The notes beneath the pieces were generated by a model, which ran no database searches, was not told the DNA's origin, and worked only from the letters and a program-made list of their open reading frames with translations. From Vannielia sp. (GTDB lineage Bacteria; Pseudomonadota; Alphaproteobacteria; Rhodobacterales; Rhodobacteraceae): a stretch of DNA of 64,000 bases. Numbering within the stretch: the first letter of the stretch is position 1; every line of letters begins with the position of its first letter. Below, piece by piece: positions 22,868 through 34,349 of this stretch. The position numbers and the translations under genes were made by a program. The DNA lies in the NCBI RefSeq assembly GCF_029212645.1, contig NZ_JARGND010000003.1, positions 61,741 through 125,740 on the forward strand, in the 5' to 3' direction.

Positions 22868-23478
22868 CCGTCGCCGACTTCGCCTTTTATCTGGCCTCCA
22901 TCATCGTGGTGGTCTCGGGCCTTTTTGTGGTGATAAGCCGCAACCCGGTGCACTCGGTGCTCTGGTTGATCCTCGCCTTCCTCAGCTCGGCGGGCCTGTT
23001 CGTTTTGCTCGGGGCGGAATTTGTCGCGATGCTGCTGGTGATCGTCTACGTGGGCGCGGTGGCGGTGCTGTTCCTCTTCGTGGTGATGATGCTCGATGTG
23101 GATTTCGCCGAGTTGCGGGCCGAAATGGCGCGTTATGTGCCGCTGGCGGGCCTCATTGGCGTGGTGCTCCTGATGGAGCTTGGCATGGTGTATGGCGCCT
23201 GGACTTCGGCTGAGGGCGTGGACTTGGCGGGCAACCTTTCAGCGCTGACCGCTGTTGAAACGCAAAACACCGGTCTGTTGGGCCTTGTGCTTTATGACCA
23301 GTATTTCCTGCTGTTCCAGCTTGCCGGGCTGATCCTGTTGGTGGCCATGATCGGGGCGATCGTGCTGACCCTGCGCCACCGCCCGGACATCAAGCGCCAG
23401 GATATTCTGGCGCAGATGTACCGCGATCCGGCCAAGGCGATGGAGTTGAAAGACGTGAAACCGGGGCAGGGTCTCTGA
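22864..23478 (+). CDS. nuoJ: NADH-quinone oxidoreductase subunit J
   Basis: [28 protein letters not shown]. Confidence 0.96.
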   Translation: MTVADFAFYLASIIVVVSGLFVVISRNPVHSVLWLILAFLSSAGLFVLLGAEFVAMLLVIVYVGAVAVLFLFVVMMLDVDFAELRAEMARYVPLAGLIGVVLLMELGMVYGAWTSAEGVDLAGNLSALTAVETQNTGLLGLVLYDQYFLLFQLAGLILLVAMIGAIVLTLRHRPDIKRQDILAQMYRDPAKAMELKDVKPGQGL

Positions 23479-23630
23479 TGATCGACCTCGCGCATATGGC
23501 CCTTGGCACGCTCGGCCTGAGCGGCATTGCCGCGCTTTGGGTGGCCAAGGCGCTTGGCAGTGTGGTGCTGTTGCGGGTCTATCGCCGCTGGCGTATCCGT
23601 CGTCGCGTCCGGCTGGGACAGGGGGCGTGA
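23478..23630 (+). CDS. 50-aa single-pass membrane micro-protein (not in the ORF track)
   Basis: TGATG overlap with nuoJ; [50 protein letters not shown], a hydrophobic stretch plus Arg-rich tail. Confidence 0.6.
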   Translation: MIDLAHMALGTLGLSGIAALWVAKALGSVVLLRVYRRWRIRRRVRLGQGA

Positions 23631-23908
23631 TGCGGGGATCTTGCGCCACTGTCTTCTGCGCCGATCTGGCCGCTGAGGCCTGCAACGCTGTGGAGCCGGG
23701 CTTTTGCCTTGGGCGCACCCGCTGGGATCGCACCAAAATGATGCGCTCTGAAAAGCGCGACCCGCTGGATCAAAGGCGCAGCGGGCTGGCCCGCACCGCG
23801 CTGCGCGTCAGCGATACGAAAACCAGCCGCGAAACATGCGGTTGCCGCGCGGCCTTCCCCGGCCTGCGCACTGCAAAGAAACGGTTCAAAATGGAGCCCG
23901 AGACCTGA
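23630..23908 (+). CDS. 92-aa hypothetical Cys-containing ORF, possibly degenerate
   Basis: TGATG overlaps at both ends; no recognisable domain. Confidence 0.4.
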   Translation: MRGSCATVFCADLAAEACNAVEPGFCLGRTRWDRTKMMRSEKRDPLDQRRSGLARTALRVSDTKTSRETCGCRAAFPGLRTAKKRFKMEPET

Positions 23909-24213
23909 TGGTTGGACTAGAACATTACCTCACGGTCGCGGCGGCATTGTTCGTCATCGGCATTTTCGGCATCTTCCTCAACCGGAAGAACGTTATCATC
24001 ATCCTGATGTCGATCGAATTGATGCTGCTTGCGGTCAATATCAACCTCGTCGCCTTCTCCGCATTTCAGGGCAACGTGATCGGGCAGGTCTTTACGCTGT
24101 TCGTGCTCACCGTCGCCGCCGCCGAGGCCGCCATTGGCCTCGCCATTCTCGTCTGCTTCTTCCGCAACCGTGGCACGATCGCGGTGGAAGACGTCAACAA
24201 TATGAAGGGGTAG
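23908..24213 (+). CDS. nuoK: NADH-quinone oxidoreductase subunit K
   Basis: [22 protein letters not shown]. Confidence 0.96.
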   Translation: MVGLEHYLTVAAALFVIGIFGIFLNRKNVIIILMSIELMLLAVNINLVAFSAFQGNVIGQVFTLFVLTVAAAEAAIGLAILVCFFRNRGTIAVEDVNNMKG

Positions 24214-24219
24214 GGGAAC

Positions 24220-26346
24220 ATGGAAACCATCATCCTCTTCGCACCGCTGGTCGGGGCAATACTCTGTGGCTTTGGCTGGCGGATCGTCGGCGAAAAGGCC
24301 GGTATGGTTATCGCCACCGGCCTGCTGTTTCTTTCGGCGCTGTTGAGCTGGATCGTGTTCCTGTCATTTGACGGGCACATGGAGCAAATCCAGATCCTGC
24401 GCTGGATCGAAAGCGGCACCCTGGCCACCGATTGGGCGATCCGGGTGGACCGGTTGACGGCCATCATGCTGATCGTCGTCACCACGGTTTCGTCGCTCGT
24501 GCACCTCTACAGCTTTGGCTACATGGCGCATGACAACCACTTCCGCGAAGGCGAAAGCTATCGCCCCCGATTCTTTGCCTACCTGTCGTTCTTCACCTTC
24601 ACCATGCTGGCGCTGGTGACCTCCGACAACCTTTTGCAAATGTTCTTTGGCTGGGAAGGCGTGGGCGTTGCCTCATACCTGCTGATCGGGTTTTACATCC
24701 GCAAGCCAAGCGCCGGTGCGGCGGCGATGAAGGCCTTTATCGTCAACCGTGTGGGCGACTTTGGCTTTGCCCTCGGCATCTTCGGGCTGTTTTTCCTGAC
24801 CGACAGCGTGGACTTTGATGTGGTGTTCGCCTCGGCCCCTGAACTGGCTGAAACCAACGTCACCTTCCTGTGGCAACAGTGGAACGCGGCCAACCTCATC
24901 GCCTTCCTGCTCTTCGTCGGGGCGATGGGTAAATCGGCGCAGTTGTTCCTGCACACATGGCTGCCGGACGCGATGGAAGGGCCAACGCCGGTGTCGGCGC
25001 TGATCCACGCCGCAACCATGGTGACGGCGGGTGTGTTCCTTGTTTGCCGGATGTCGCCGTTGATGGAATTTGCGCCTTCGGCGACCACCTTCATCGTCTA
25101 TATCGGGGCCTTCACCGCCTTCTTCGCGGCGACTGTGGGCCTTGTGCAAAACGACATCAAGCGTGTGATCGCCTATTCAACCTGTTCGCAGCTTGGCTAC
25201 ATGTTCGTGGCCGCGGGCGTGGGCATGTATTCGGCGGCGATGTTCCACCTGTTGACTCACGCGTTCTTCAAAGCGCTGTTGTTCCTTGGCGCTGGTTCGG
25301 TGATCCACGGGATGCACCATGAGCAGGACATGCGGAACTATGGCGCGCTGCGTCAGAAGATGCCGATGACCTTCTGGGCGATGATGATCGGCACGCTGGC
25401 GATCACCGGCGTGGGCATTCCGCTCACCTATATCGGCTTTGCCGGATTCTTCTCGAAGGATGCGATCATCGAGAGCGCCTATGCCGCCGGCACCCCTGCC
25501 GGGATGTTGGGCTTCTGGCTGCTGGTGATCGCGGCAGCGATGACCTCCTTCTACTCCTGGCGGCTGATGTTCATGACCTTCTTTGGGCAGGCGCGGGGCG
25601 ACAAGCACACCCATGAGCACGCCCATGAAAGCCCGATGACGATGCTCATCCCGCTTGGTGTGCTCTCGCTTGGGGCGATCTTTGCCGGGATGGTCTGGAT
25701 GTCGTCGTTCTTTGGGCACACCGACGAGGTGGCCGAGTTCTACGCGATCCCGCTGGCCGGGGAGGTGCATGCCGAAGCCGGGCACGGCGAAGTGGCGAGC
25801 GAGGCCGAGGGCCACGGTGACGCTGCGGCTGAGGATCATGGCGCGGGTGCCATGGCCGAGGGCGCGCATCACGCCGCCTTTGGCGGTGCGCCGGGCGACG
25901 GCGCGCTTTACTTCGGGCCGGAAAACACCGTGCTGGACGATGCGCATGAGGTGCCAACGTGGGTGAAGCTCTCGCCCTTCATCGCCATGGCGCTTGGCTT
26001 TGTGCTGGCTTGGGTGTTTTACATCCGCCAGCCGGATGCGCCGCGCAAGCTGGCCGAGAACCAGCCGATCCTTTATCGCTTCCTGCTCAACAAGTGGTAT
26101 TTCGACGAAATCTACGATGCCATCTTTGTGCGCCCGGCGCTGAAGCTTGGTAAATTCCTGTGGAAGAAGGGCGATGGCACCGTCATCGATGGTGGGGTCA
26201 ACGGCGTCGCCATGGGGATCATTCCCTTCTTCACCCGGCTCGCGGGCCGGGCACAATCTGGCTACATCTTCACCTATGTGGCGGCGATGGTGCTGGGGAT
26301 CGTGGTGCTTGTCACCTGGATGTCGATCGCCGGAGGGGCGCAATAA
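24220..26346 (+). CDS. nuoL: NADH-quinone oxidoreductase subunit L
   Basis: GKSAQ...[32 protein letters not shown]. Confidence 0.97.
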   Translation: METIILFAPLVGAILCGFGWRIVGEKAGMVIATGLLFLSALLSWIVFLSFDGHMEQIQILRWIESGTLATDWAIRVDRLTAIMLIVVTTVSSLVHLYSFGYMAHDNHFREGESYRPRFFAYLSFFTFTMLALVTSDNLLQMFFGWEGVGVASYLLIGFYIRKPSAGAAAMKAFIVNRVGDFGFALGIFGLFFLTDSVDFDVVFASAPELAETNVTFLWQQWNAANLIAFLLFVGAMGKSAQLFLHTWLPDAMEGPTPVSALIHAATMVTAGVFLVCRMSPLMEFAPSATTFIVYIGAFTAFFAATVGLVQNDIKRVIAYSTCSQLGYMFVAAGVGMYSAAMFHLLTHAFFKALLFLGAGSVIHGMHHEQDMRNYGALRQKMPMTFWAMMIGTLAITGVGIPLTYIGFAGFFSKDAIIESAYAAGTPAGMLGFWLLVIAAAMTSFYSWRLMFMTFFGQARGDKHTHEHAHESPMTMLIPLGVLSLGAIFAGMVWMSSFFGHTDEVAEFYAIPLAGEVHAEAGHGEVASEAEGHGDAAAEDHGAGAMAEGAHHAAFGGAPGDGALYFGPENTVLDDAHEVPTWVKLSPFIAMALGFVLAWVFYIRQPDAPRKLAENQPILYRFLLNKWYFDEIYDAIFVRPALKLGKFLWKKGDGTVIDGGVNGVAMGIIPFFTRLAGRAQSGYIFTYVAAMVLGIVVLVTWMSIAGGAQ

Positions 26347-26347
26347 T

Positions 26348-27904
26348 ATGGACAACCTGCTTTCGATCATCACCTTCATCCCGGCGATTGCAGCGGCCAT
26401 TCTGGCGCTGTTCCTGCGGGGCAATGATCCGGCGGCGCAGAAGAACGCCAAGTGGCTCGCGATGATCGCCACCGGCGCGACCTTCGTGGTTTCGCTGTTC
26501 CTGATCGCCCAGTTCGAGCCTTCGAACACCGATTTCCAGTTCGTTGAAGAACGCAGCTGGATGATGGGCCTCAGCTACAAGATGGGCGTTGACGGGATTT
26601 CGATCCTGTTCGTCATGCTCACCACCTTCCTGATGCCGCTGGTGATCTGGTCGGCTTGGAACGTGAACGTGCGCGTCAAGGAATACATGATCGCCTTCCT
26701 CTTGCTGGAAACGCTGATGCTTGGCGTGTTCTGCGCGCTTGATCTGGTGCTTTTCTACCTGTTTTTCGAGGCAGGCCTGATCCCGATGTTCTTGATCATC
26801 GGCATCTGGGGCGGCGCAAACCGGATTTACGCGGCCTTCAAGTTTTTCCTCTACACCTTCCTTGGCTCGGTGCTGATGCTGGTGGCGATGATCGCCATGT
26901 ATGTGGATGCGGGCACCACCGATATTGCGCTTTTGTTGAAGCATGAGTTCTCCAGCGGTGGGATGAGCCTGTTCGGGATGCAGATCGTTGGCGGGTTGCA
27001 AACGCTGCTGTTCCTCGCGTTTTTTGCCAGTTTCGCGGTGAAAATGCCGATGTGGCCGGTGCACACCTGGCTGCCGGATGCGCACGTTCAGGCGCCCACG
27101 GCGGGTTCTGTGGTGCTGGCGGCGGTGCTGCTCAAGATGGGCGGCTACGGCTTCTTGCGCTTCTCGTTGCCGATGTTCCCGGTTGGCTCGGATGTGATGG
27201 CGCCGCTGGTGCTGTGGATGAGCGCAATTGCGATCGTTTACACCTCGCTCGTGGCCATGGCGCAGGAAGACATGAAGAAGCTCATCGCGTACTCTTCGGT
27301 CGCGCATATGGGCTATGTCACCATGGGTATCTTTGCCGCCAACCAGCAGGGCATTGATGGCGCGATCTTCCAGATGATCAGCCACGGCTTTGTTTCGGGC
27401 GCGCTCTTCCTGATCGTTGGCGTGATCTACGACCGGATGCACACCCGCGAGATTGATGCCTATGGTGGCCTCGTCAACCGGATGCCGGCCTATGCGCTGA
27501 TCTTCATGTTCTTCACCATGGCCAATGTCGGCCTGCCCGGCACCTCCGGGTTTGTGGGCGAGTTCCTGACGCTGATGGGCATTTTCCAGGTCAACACCTG
27601 GGTTGCCGTTGTGGCCACTACGGGCTTGATCCTGAGTGCCTGCTACGCGCTTTGGCTCTATCGCCGGGTGATGCTGGGCGATCTGATCAAGGAAAGCCTG
27701 AAGACCATCACCGATATGTCCCGCCGCGAGCGCGCGATCTTTGCGCCGCTGGTGGTGATGACCCTGTTGCTCGGCGTTTACCCCGCCCTTGTGACCGATC
27801 TGATCGGCCCCTCGGTGGAAGCGCTGGTTGGAAATTACGAGACGGCCCTGGCCGAGCATGCGCCCGATGCGGCGGTGACGGCTGCGGAAACGGGAGACCA
27901 CTAA
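26348..27904 (+). CDS. nuoM: NADH-quinone oxidoreductase subunit M
   Basis: [35 protein letters not shown]. Confidence 0.97.
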   Translation: MDNLLSIITFIPAIAAAILALFLRGNDPAAQKNAKWLAMIATGATFVVSLFLIAQFEPSNTDFQFVEERSWMMGLSYKMGVDGISILFVMLTTFLMPLVIWSAWNVNVRVKEYMIAFLLLETLMLGVFCALDLVLFYLFFEAGLIPMFLIIGIWGGANRIYAAFKFFLYTFLGSVLMLVAMIAMYVDAGTTDIALLLKHEFSSGGMSLFGMQIVGGLQTLLFLAFFASFAVKMPMWPVHTWLPDAHVQAPTAGSVVLAAVLLKMGGYGFLRFSLPMFPVGSDVMAPLVLWMSAIAIVYTSLVAMAQEDMKKLIAYSSVAHMGYVTMGIFAANQQGIDGAIFQMISHGFVSGALFLIVGVIYDRMHTREIDAYGGLVNRMPAYALIFMFFTMANVGLPGTSGFVGEFLTLMGIFQVNTWVAVVATTGLILSACYALWLYRRVMLGDLIKESLKTITDMSRRERAIFAPLVVMTLLLGVYPALVTDLIGPSVEALVGNYETALAEHAPDAAVTAAETGDH

Positions 27905-27905
27905 G

Positions 27906-29348
27906 ATGATTTCTTCGGACCTCGCGATCATCCTGCCGGAGATCTTCCTGTCGCTCTTCGCGATGGCGTCTCTGGTATTCGCCGTCTACACCAAGAAAGA
28001 CGAGCTGGCGCCAACCATGGTCTGGGCCACTTCGGCGGTGATGCTGGCCGTTGCCTTCTGGGTGCTGCTCTCGGGCGGCGAGAGCCATGTGGCCTTCGGG
28101 GGCCTCTTCATCGACGATAGCTTTGCCCGGTTCGCCAAGGTGCTGATCCTCGTGTCGGCGGCCTGTGTGCTGCTGATGAGCCAGGATTTCATGGCGAAGC
28201 GCGGGTTGCTCAAGTTTGAGTATCCGGTGCTGGTGGTGCTCGCGGTTGTTGGCATGATGATGATGGTTTCCGCCGGTGATCTCATGTCGCTTTACATGGG
28301 CCTCGAGTTGCAATCGCTGGCGCTTTACGTTGTGGCCGCCCTGCGCCGCGACGGGGTGAAATCCACCGAGGCTGGCCTCAAATACTTTGTTCTGGGCGCA
28401 CTCAGTTCAGGCCTTCTGCTCTACGGCGCCTCGCTCACCTATGGCTACGCGGGCACAACGTTGTTCTCGGGCATCATCACCGCTGCGGGCGAGGGCGTAA
28501 TGCCAACCGGGCTGCTCTTTGGCCTTGTTTTCATCATCTCGGGCCTTGCCTTCAAGATCAGCGCCGTGCCGTTCCACATGTGGACGCCGGACGTGTATGA
28601 AGGTGCGCCAACGCCGATCACCGCGTTTTTTGCCACCGCGCCCAAGGTTGCGGCCATGGCGCTTTTTGCCCGCGTCATGCATGACGCTTTTGGCAATGCC
28701 ACCCACGATTGGGGGCAGGTGCTGGCGCTGCTGGCGCTGCTCTCGATGTTCCTTGGTTCCATCGCGGCGCTGGGGCAACGCGACATTAAAAGGCTGATGG
28801 CGTATTCCTCGATTGCTCACATGGGCTATGCGCTTGTGGGCCTTGCTTCGGGCACCGAGCAGGGCGTGCAGTCGATGCTGGTTTACATGTCGATCTACGT
28901 GACCATGAACATCGGCACCTTTGCCTTCATCATGTCGATGGAGCGCGACGGGCGGCACATCACCGCGATTGACGGGTTGAAGCAGTTTGCCTCGAAAGAA
29001 CCACTGAAGGCGCTGGCGTTGCTGCTGTTGATGTTCTCGCTTGCCGGGGTTCCGCCGTTGCTTGGCTTCTTTGGCAAGTTCACGGTGCTGCGGGCGGCGG
29101 TTGACGCCAATATGACCTGGCTCGCCGTGGCCGGGGCCGTGGCCTCGGTGATCGGCGCGTTCTATTACCTGCGGATTGTCTACTACATGTACTTCGGTGA
29201 CGAGACCGAGCAGGCGGTAGATGGCAAGATGCAGCCGGTGGCCTTTGGCTTCCTCATGGCCTCGGCAGCGATCATGCTGCTTGGCGTGATCAACCTGTTC
29301 GGCGTGGATGGCTACGCCGCCACGGCCGCGGCAGCCCTTGTCAACTGA
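27906..29348 (+). CDS. nuoN: NADH-quinone oxidoreductase subunit N
   Basis: [30 protein letters not shown]. Confidence 0.97.
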   Translation: MISSDLAIILPEIFLSLFAMASLVFAVYTKKDELAPTMVWATSAVMLAVAFWVLLSGGESHVAFGGLFIDDSFARFAKVLILVSAACVLLMSQDFMAKRGLLKFEYPVLVVLAVVGMMMMVSAGDLMSLYMGLELQSLALYVVAALRRDGVKSTEAGLKYFVLGALSSGLLLYGASLTYGYAGTTLFSGIITAAGEGVMPTGLLFGLVFIISGLAFKISAVPFHMWTPDVYEGAPTPITAFFATAPKVAAMALFARVMHDAFGNATHDWGQVLALLALLSMFLGSIAALGQRDIKRLMAYSSIAHMGYALVGLASGTEQGVQSMLVYMSIYVTMNIGTFAFIMSMERDGRHITAIDGLKQFASKEPLKALALLLLMFSLAGVPPLLGFFGKFTVLRAAVDANMTWLAVAGAVASVIGAFYYLRIVYYMYFGDETEQAVDGKMQPVAFGFLMASAAIMLLGVINLFGVDGYAATAAAALVN

Positions 29349-30102
29349 GGGCGCTTGGCCCGCAGCGACGGGGCTGATCACGCTGCAAAGCTGCGCGTCC
29401 ACGATGCAGGAAGCGCGGCAGCGCTTTGCTGAATTTACCGGCCCGACATGGCTGCTTTCACATCGCCAAACCGGCGGGCACGGGCGGCGCGGGCGGCCCT
29501 GGGCCAATCCGGCCGGGGCGTTTACGGCGACGCTGGCGATCCCGCACCCCGGCACCGCCGAAGCGGCAGCGCAGCGCAGTTTCATCGCCGCATTAGCGCT
29601 GTTTGATGCGGTGGCCGAGGTTACCGGTCGCCCCGAAGCGCTTTCGCTCAAATGGCCGAATGATGTGTTGCTGAACGGCGGCAAACTGGCGGGCATTCTG
29701 CTCGAAAGCCTTAACCCGCGCCCCAATGGCCAGCTTGACGGGCTGCTGATTGGTTTGGGGGTGAACCTGATCCAGCCGCCTGAGGGCAGTGAGGTTGAGG
29801 CGCGCGCGGTGCGCCCCGTGGCCCTTGCCGCCGAGACCGGCATCACCGTTACCCCAGAGGATTTTCTGTCTCATCTTGCTCCGGCCTTTGCCGCGCATGA
29901 GCAGCGCTTTGCCACCCACGGCTTTGGCCCGATCCGCTCGGCATGGCTGGCCCGTGCCGCCAAACTGGGGCAAACCATCACGGCAAGGATGCCCCGCGAA
30001 GAGATCACCGGCACCTTTCGCAGCATAAACGAGATGGGCTACCTTCAACTTGACACACCCAAAGGCCTGGTTGGCATTGCTGCTGCCGAGGTCTTTTTTT
30101 GA
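29338..30102 (+). CDS. birA: Biotin--protein ligase (monofunctional, no HTH)
   Basis: [30 protein letters not shown]; probable TTG start overlapping the nuoN end. Confidence 0.9.
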   Translation: MSTEGAWPAATGLITLQSCASTMQEARQRFAEFTGPTWLLSHRQTGGHGRRGRPWANPAGAFTATLAIPHPGTAEAAAQRSFIAALALFDAVAEVTGRPEALSLKWPNDVLLNGGKLAGILLESLNPRPNGQLDGLLIGLGVNLIQPPEGSEVEARAVRPVALAAETGITVTPEDFLSHLAPAFAAHEQRFATHGFGPIRSAWLARAAKLGQTITARMPREEITGTFRSINEMGYLQLDTPKGLVGIAAAEVFF

Positions 30103-30117
30103 GAAGGGGGCGGGCAC

Positions 30118-30894
30118 ATGCTGCTCTGCATTGATTGTGGGAATACCAACACCGTGTTTTCTGTCTGGGACACGGACAAGTTTGTCGCGACCCTGCGCAC
30201 CTCCACCGAACATCAGCGCACGGCGGATCAATACTGGGTCTGGTTCTCGCAACTGATGGAACACCGGGGCATCGCCATAGACATCGACGCGGTGATCATT
30301 TCAACCACCGTGCCGCGTGTGGTGTTCAACCTGCGGGTCTTTACTGATCGCTATTTCAACGTGCGCCCGATGGTGGTTGGCAAGCCCGAATGCGCGCTGC
30401 CCCAGATGCCGCGTGTGGATGCCGGGGTGAGCGTGGGGCCGGACCGGTTGGTGAACACGGCGGGGGCGTTTGATCGCCATGGCGGCGATTTGATCGTGGT
30501 GGATTTCGGCACCGCCACCACCTTTGATGTGGTGGCCGAGGACGGAGCCTATGTGGGCGGTGTCATCGCGCCCGGCGTGAACCTCAGCCTTGAAGCGCTG
30601 CACGCGTCGGCCGCCGCACTTCCGCATGTGGATGTGACCAAACCCGAAAAGGTGATTGGCACCAATACGGTGGAGTGCATGCAATCTGGCGTGTTCTGGG
30701 GATATGTGGGCCTGGTCAACGGGGTTTGCGACCGAATCAAAGGTGAATATGGCCGTGAAATGCGGGTGATCGCCACGGGTGGGCTTGCGCCGCTGTTCCA
30801 GATGGGACATGCCCGCTTCGACGCATTAGAAGACGATCTAACAATGCATGGGCTGCGAGTGATCCATGCGCATAATGAGAGGCTTACGGCATGA
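30118..30894 (+). CDS. coaX: Type III pantothenate kinase
   Basis: IDCGNTN, GPDR, VDFGTATTFD. Confidence 0.93.
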   Translation: MLLCIDCGNTNTVFSVWDTDKFVATLRTSTEHQRTADQYWVWFSQLMEHRGIAIDIDAVIISTTVPRVVFNLRVFTDRYFNVRPMVVGKPECALPQMPRVDAGVSVGPDRLVNTAGAFDRHGGDLIVVDFGTATTFDVVAEDGAYVGGVIAPGVNLSLEALHASAAALPHVDVTKPEKVIGTNTVECMQSGVFWGYVGLVNGVCDRIKGEYGREMRVIATGGLAPLFQMGHARFDALEDDLTMHGLRVIHAHNERLTA

Positions 30895-32564
30895 GCGGTG
30901 GCAAAGAGCGGCTGATTTACCTTCCCTTGGGCGGGGCTGGCGAGGTGGGCATGAACGCCTATGTCTACGGCTACGGCAAACCGGGAAAGGAGCGGCTGAT
31001 CCTTGTGGATATCGGCGTGACCTTCCCTGATATGGACAGCACGCCGGGGGTGGATCTGATCTTCCCTGACATGACCTGGCTCATCAAGAACAAGGACCGG
31101 CTGGAGGCGATTTTCATCACCCATGGCCATGAAGACCATGTTGGCGGTATTGGCCACTTCTGGGCGCAGCTTGGGGCCCCGGTTTATGCCCGCCGCTTTA
31201 CCGCCGCGCTGGCGGTGCGCAAGATGGATGAGCAGGGCGTGGATGTGAACAACATGCACGCGGTTGGCCCTTGGCCAGAGATGGTGGAAGCGGGGCCGCT
31301 TTCGGTCAGCTTTTTGCCGGTCAGCCACTCGATCCCCGAAAGCTCGGGCCTTGTGATCGACTCGCCTGCGGGCCGCGTTGTGCATACCGGCGACTTCAAG
31401 CTTGATGGCAATCCGGTGGTGGGAGAGGCATTTTCGCCCGCGTTGTGGAACGAGGTCGCCGAACCGGGCGTGATCGCGCTGGCGTGTGACTCAACCAATA
31501 TCATGGTGCCGCATCCGGGCCGCTCGGAGGCCACGCTGCCACCGGCGATTGCCAAGTTCATCAAGGACAGCACCGGCATGGTGGTGGCAACCACCTTCGC
31601 CTCCAATGTCGCGCGGGTAAAAACGCTGGCCGAGGCTGGCCATGCGGCCGGGCGCTCGGTGTGCCTGTTGGGGCGCGCGATGAAGCGGATGGTTGCCGTT
31701 GGGGTCGACACGGGCGTGCTGGAGGATTTTCCCCACACCGTGACCCCGGAAGAAGCCACCGGAATCCCGCGCGAAAACCTGCTGCTCATCGTCACCGGCT
31801 CGCAGGGCGAGCGCCGGGCGGCATCGGCGCAATTGGCGCGCGGCAAGTTTCTTGGCCTTTCGATGAAGGAAGGAGACACCTTCCTGTTTTCCTCCAAAAC
31901 CATTCCCGGCAACGAGCGCGGCGTGTTGCGCATTGTGAATGCGTTTTCCGAGATGGGCGTGGATGTGGTGGATGACAGTTCGGGCCTTTACCATGTGTCG
32001 GGTCATGCCAACCGGCCAGACCTGGAGGCGATGCATGATCTGATGCGCCCCAAGATGCTGATCCCCATGCATGGCGAGCACCGGATGCTGCGCGCCCATG
32101 CCAATGTGGGCGAGGCCAAGGGCATCCCTTCGGTTGTCGCGGTCAATGGCTCGATGGTGGATCTCACCGGCGATCGCCCCGAAATCGTGGAGCATGTCGA
32201 AACCGGACGGACCTATCTGGATGGCTCGGTGAAGATCGGCGCGATGGACGGCGTGGTGCGGGACCGTATCCGCGTGGCGCTCAACGGCCAGGTCTTTGTG
32301 ACCCTGATTATGGACGAGAATGACGAACCCCTGGGCGAGCCCTGGGCCGAACTGGTTGGCCTGCCCGAAACCGGCCGCTCGCGCGCACCGCTGGTTGAGC
32401 TGATCGAGGCGGCGGCAGATAGCTTCCTTGGGCGCGCCGAAGACAAAGTGTTGACGGACGATGACAAGATCGAGGAAGGGCTACGCCGCGTGGTGCGGCA
32501 GGTCTCGGTTGAGGAGATCGGCAAGAAGCCCGAGGTGAAAGTGGTGATCAGCCGTTTGAGCTAG
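30891..32564 (+). CDS. rnj: Ribonuclease J
   Basis: PLGGAGEVGMN, THGHEDHVG, HTGDFK, HVSGH, HGE. Confidence 0.94.
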   Translation: MSGGKERLIYLPLGGAGEVGMNAYVYGYGKPGKERLILVDIGVTFPDMDSTPGVDLIFPDMTWLIKNKDRLEAIFITHGHEDHVGGIGHFWAQLGAPVYARRFTAALAVRKMDEQGVDVNNMHAVGPWPEMVEAGPLSVSFLPVSHSIPESSGLVIDSPAGRVVHTGDFKLDGNPVVGEAFSPALWNEVAEPGVIALACDSTNIMVPHPGRSEATLPPAIAKFIKDSTGMVVATTFASNVARVKTLAEAGHAAGRSVCLLGRAMKRMVAVGVDTGVLEDFPHTVTPEEATGIPRENLLLIVTGSQGERRAASAQLARGKFLGLSMKEGDTFLFSSKTIPGNERGVLRIVNAFSEMGVDVVDDSSGLYHVSGHANRPDLEAMHDLMRPKMLIPMHGEHRMLRAHANVGEAKGIPSVVAVNGSMVDLTGDRPEIVEHVETGRTYLDGSVKIGAMDGVVRDRIRVALNGQVFVTLIMDENDEPLGEPWAELVGLPETGRSRAPLVELIEAAADSFLGRAEDKVLTDDDKIEEGLRRVVRQVSVEEIGKKPEVKVVISRLS

Positions 32565-32605
32565 GGCAGGGTGGGCGATGAGCGTCGCCCCCTTGAAACC
32601 CACAC

Positions 32606-32644
32606 AAAAAAGGCCCGCATCTCGATGAGAGGCGCGGGCCTTTT
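32606..32644. terminator. Bidirectional rho-independent terminator
   Basis: AAAAAAGGCCCGC...GCGGGCCTTTT between convergent rnj and helicase genes. Confidence 0.8.
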
Positions 32645-32663
32645 ATCGTTTCTGCGAAGGGCT

Positions 32664-34223
32664 TTAAGCCTCTTCGCTGGTTGTTGGATCGGGGGCTTCC
32701 TGCCGCTCCGAGAAGCTGCGGGCGATGAAATCAGGCATGTGGTCGCCCAGCCCTTGTGGGGCGGCGCCGCCTTCTTCGCGGTCACTCCGGCGGCCACGGC
32801 CTCGGCCACCACGCGAGCGGCGGCGACCCTTTTCGCCTTCGGCCTCATCCTGCTCACGCGCGGGGCGCTCCGGCTGGGCCTGCTCGGGCGCGGTGGTCGC
32901 GGCTTCGGCGGCCACAGGTTCTTCAACAGGGGAAGCGTCCGGGCTTGGGGCCTCGGCCTCTTCCTTTTGTGCCTCGGGCTTTTTCCGGCTGCGCGAGCGG
33001 CGCTCCCGCTTGGGCTTTTCCTCGGCGGCGGCCTCGCTTGGGGCGTCGTCGCCTGAAGTCTCCACAGAAGGAGCGGCTCCGGGGGCGTCGATCCGGGGGA
33101 TCTCCATTTCGACAAGACGCTCGATGTCGGCAAAGTTGCGATCATCGGCGGGGGCGCAGATCATCAATGTGGTGCCCTTGCGCCCGGCGCGGCCGGTGCG
33201 GCCAATGCGGTGAACGTAGTCTTCGGCGTGCGACGGCACATCGTAGTTGAACACATGGCTCACAGCGGGAATATCAAGCCCACGGGCGGCCACATCCGAG
33301 GCCACAAGGAAGGTGATCGAGCCATCGCGGAAGCCATCAAGCGTGCGCATCCGCTGTGATTGGTCAAGATCGCCGTGGATCGGCGAGGCGTTATAACCGC
33401 TCTTTTTCAAGGACTTGGCCACCACATCCACATCAACCTTGCGGTTGCAGAAGATGATCGCGTTTGTGCAGGCTTCACCTTCACCGTCGATCATGTCGCG
33501 CAGCAGCTTGCGCTTTTCGGTGCCGGCACGGTCGCGGCGCGATGGTTTGAACATCACCACGCCCTGTTTGATGTTCTCGCCGGTTGTGGCGGCGCGGGCG
33601 ACCTCGATCTTGGCGGGGTTGCTCAGGAAGGTGTTGGTGATCCGCTCGATCTCAGGCGCCATCGTGGCCGAGAAGAACAGCGTTTGCCGGGTGAAAGGCG
33701 TGAGGCCAAAAATGCGCTCGATATCTGGGATGAAGCCCATGTCGAGCATCCGGTCGGCCTCATCGACCACCATGATCTGCACGCCGGTGAGCAGCAGCTT
33801 GCCGCGCTCGAAATGGTCAAGCAGGCGGCCCGGCGTGGCGATCAGCACGTCAACACCCTTGTCGATCAGCTTGTCTTGCTCGCCAAAGGAAACACCGCCG
33901 ATGAGCAGCGCCTTGGTCAGCTTGGTATGCTTGGCATAAACATCGAAGTTTTCCGCAACCTGTGCGGCCAGCTCGCGGGTGGGGGCGAGCACAAGGCTAC
34001 GCGGCATCCGGGCGCGGGCACGGCCACGCTTGAGCATCGAGATCATCGGCAGCGTGAAGCTGGCGGTCTTGCCGGTGCCTGTTTGGGCAATGCCGAGCAC
34101 ATCGCGGCCCTCAAGCGCAGGCGGAATGGCGCCGGCCTGAATTGGGGTAGGGGTTTCGTAACCGGCTTCTTCGACGGCTTTCAGGACCTTCGGGTCCAAC
34201 TTCAGATCAGAAAATTTTGTCAT
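32664..34223 (-). CDS. DEAD-box RNA helicase (RhlE-like) with charged low-complexity C-tail
   Basis: Q motif PTPIQ, AQTGTGKT, PTRELA, DEAD, SAT, HRIGRTGR. Confidence 0.94.
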   Translation of the reverse strand: MTKFSDLKLDPKVLKAVEEAGYETPTPIQAGAIPPALEGRDVLGIAQTGTGKTASFTLPMISMLKRGRARARMPRSLVLAPTRELAAQVAENFDVYAKHTKLTKALLIGGVSFGEQDKLIDKGVDVLIATPGRLLDHFERGKLLLTGVQIMVVDEADRMLDMGFIPDIERIFGLTPFTRQTLFFSATMAPEIERITNTFLSNPAKIEVARAATTGENIKQGVVMFKPSRRDRAGTEKRKLLRDMIDGEGEACTNAIIFCNRKVDVDVVAKSLKKSGYNASPIHGDLDQSQRMRTLDGFRDGSITFLVASDVAARGLDIPAVSHVFNYDVPSHAEDYVHRIGRTGRAGRKGTTLMICAPADDRNFADIERLVEMEIPRIDAPGAAPSVETSGDDAPSEAAAEEKPKRERRSRSRKKPEAQKEEAEAPSPDASPVEEPVAAEAATTAPEQAQPERPAREQDEAEGEKGRRRSRGGRGRGRRSDREEGGAAPQGLGDHMPDFIARSFSERQEAPDPTTSEEA

Positions 34224-34349
34224 GTACGTCCATGGTTTGCAGGGAAATCCCGCGGAATGGGACGCAAATTCCGGGCGCCCCGCAGACTCGCCTCGCGCGC
34301 ATCGCGTGGCGTTGTGCCGCGAGGTATCGCAAAAGAGCGCAGAGGTCAA

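Noticed and set aside
25760-25885. His/Glu/Ala-rich insertion in NuoL
   Set aside because: Variable low-complexity loop commonly seen at this position in Rhodobacteraceae NuoL; nothing distinctive.
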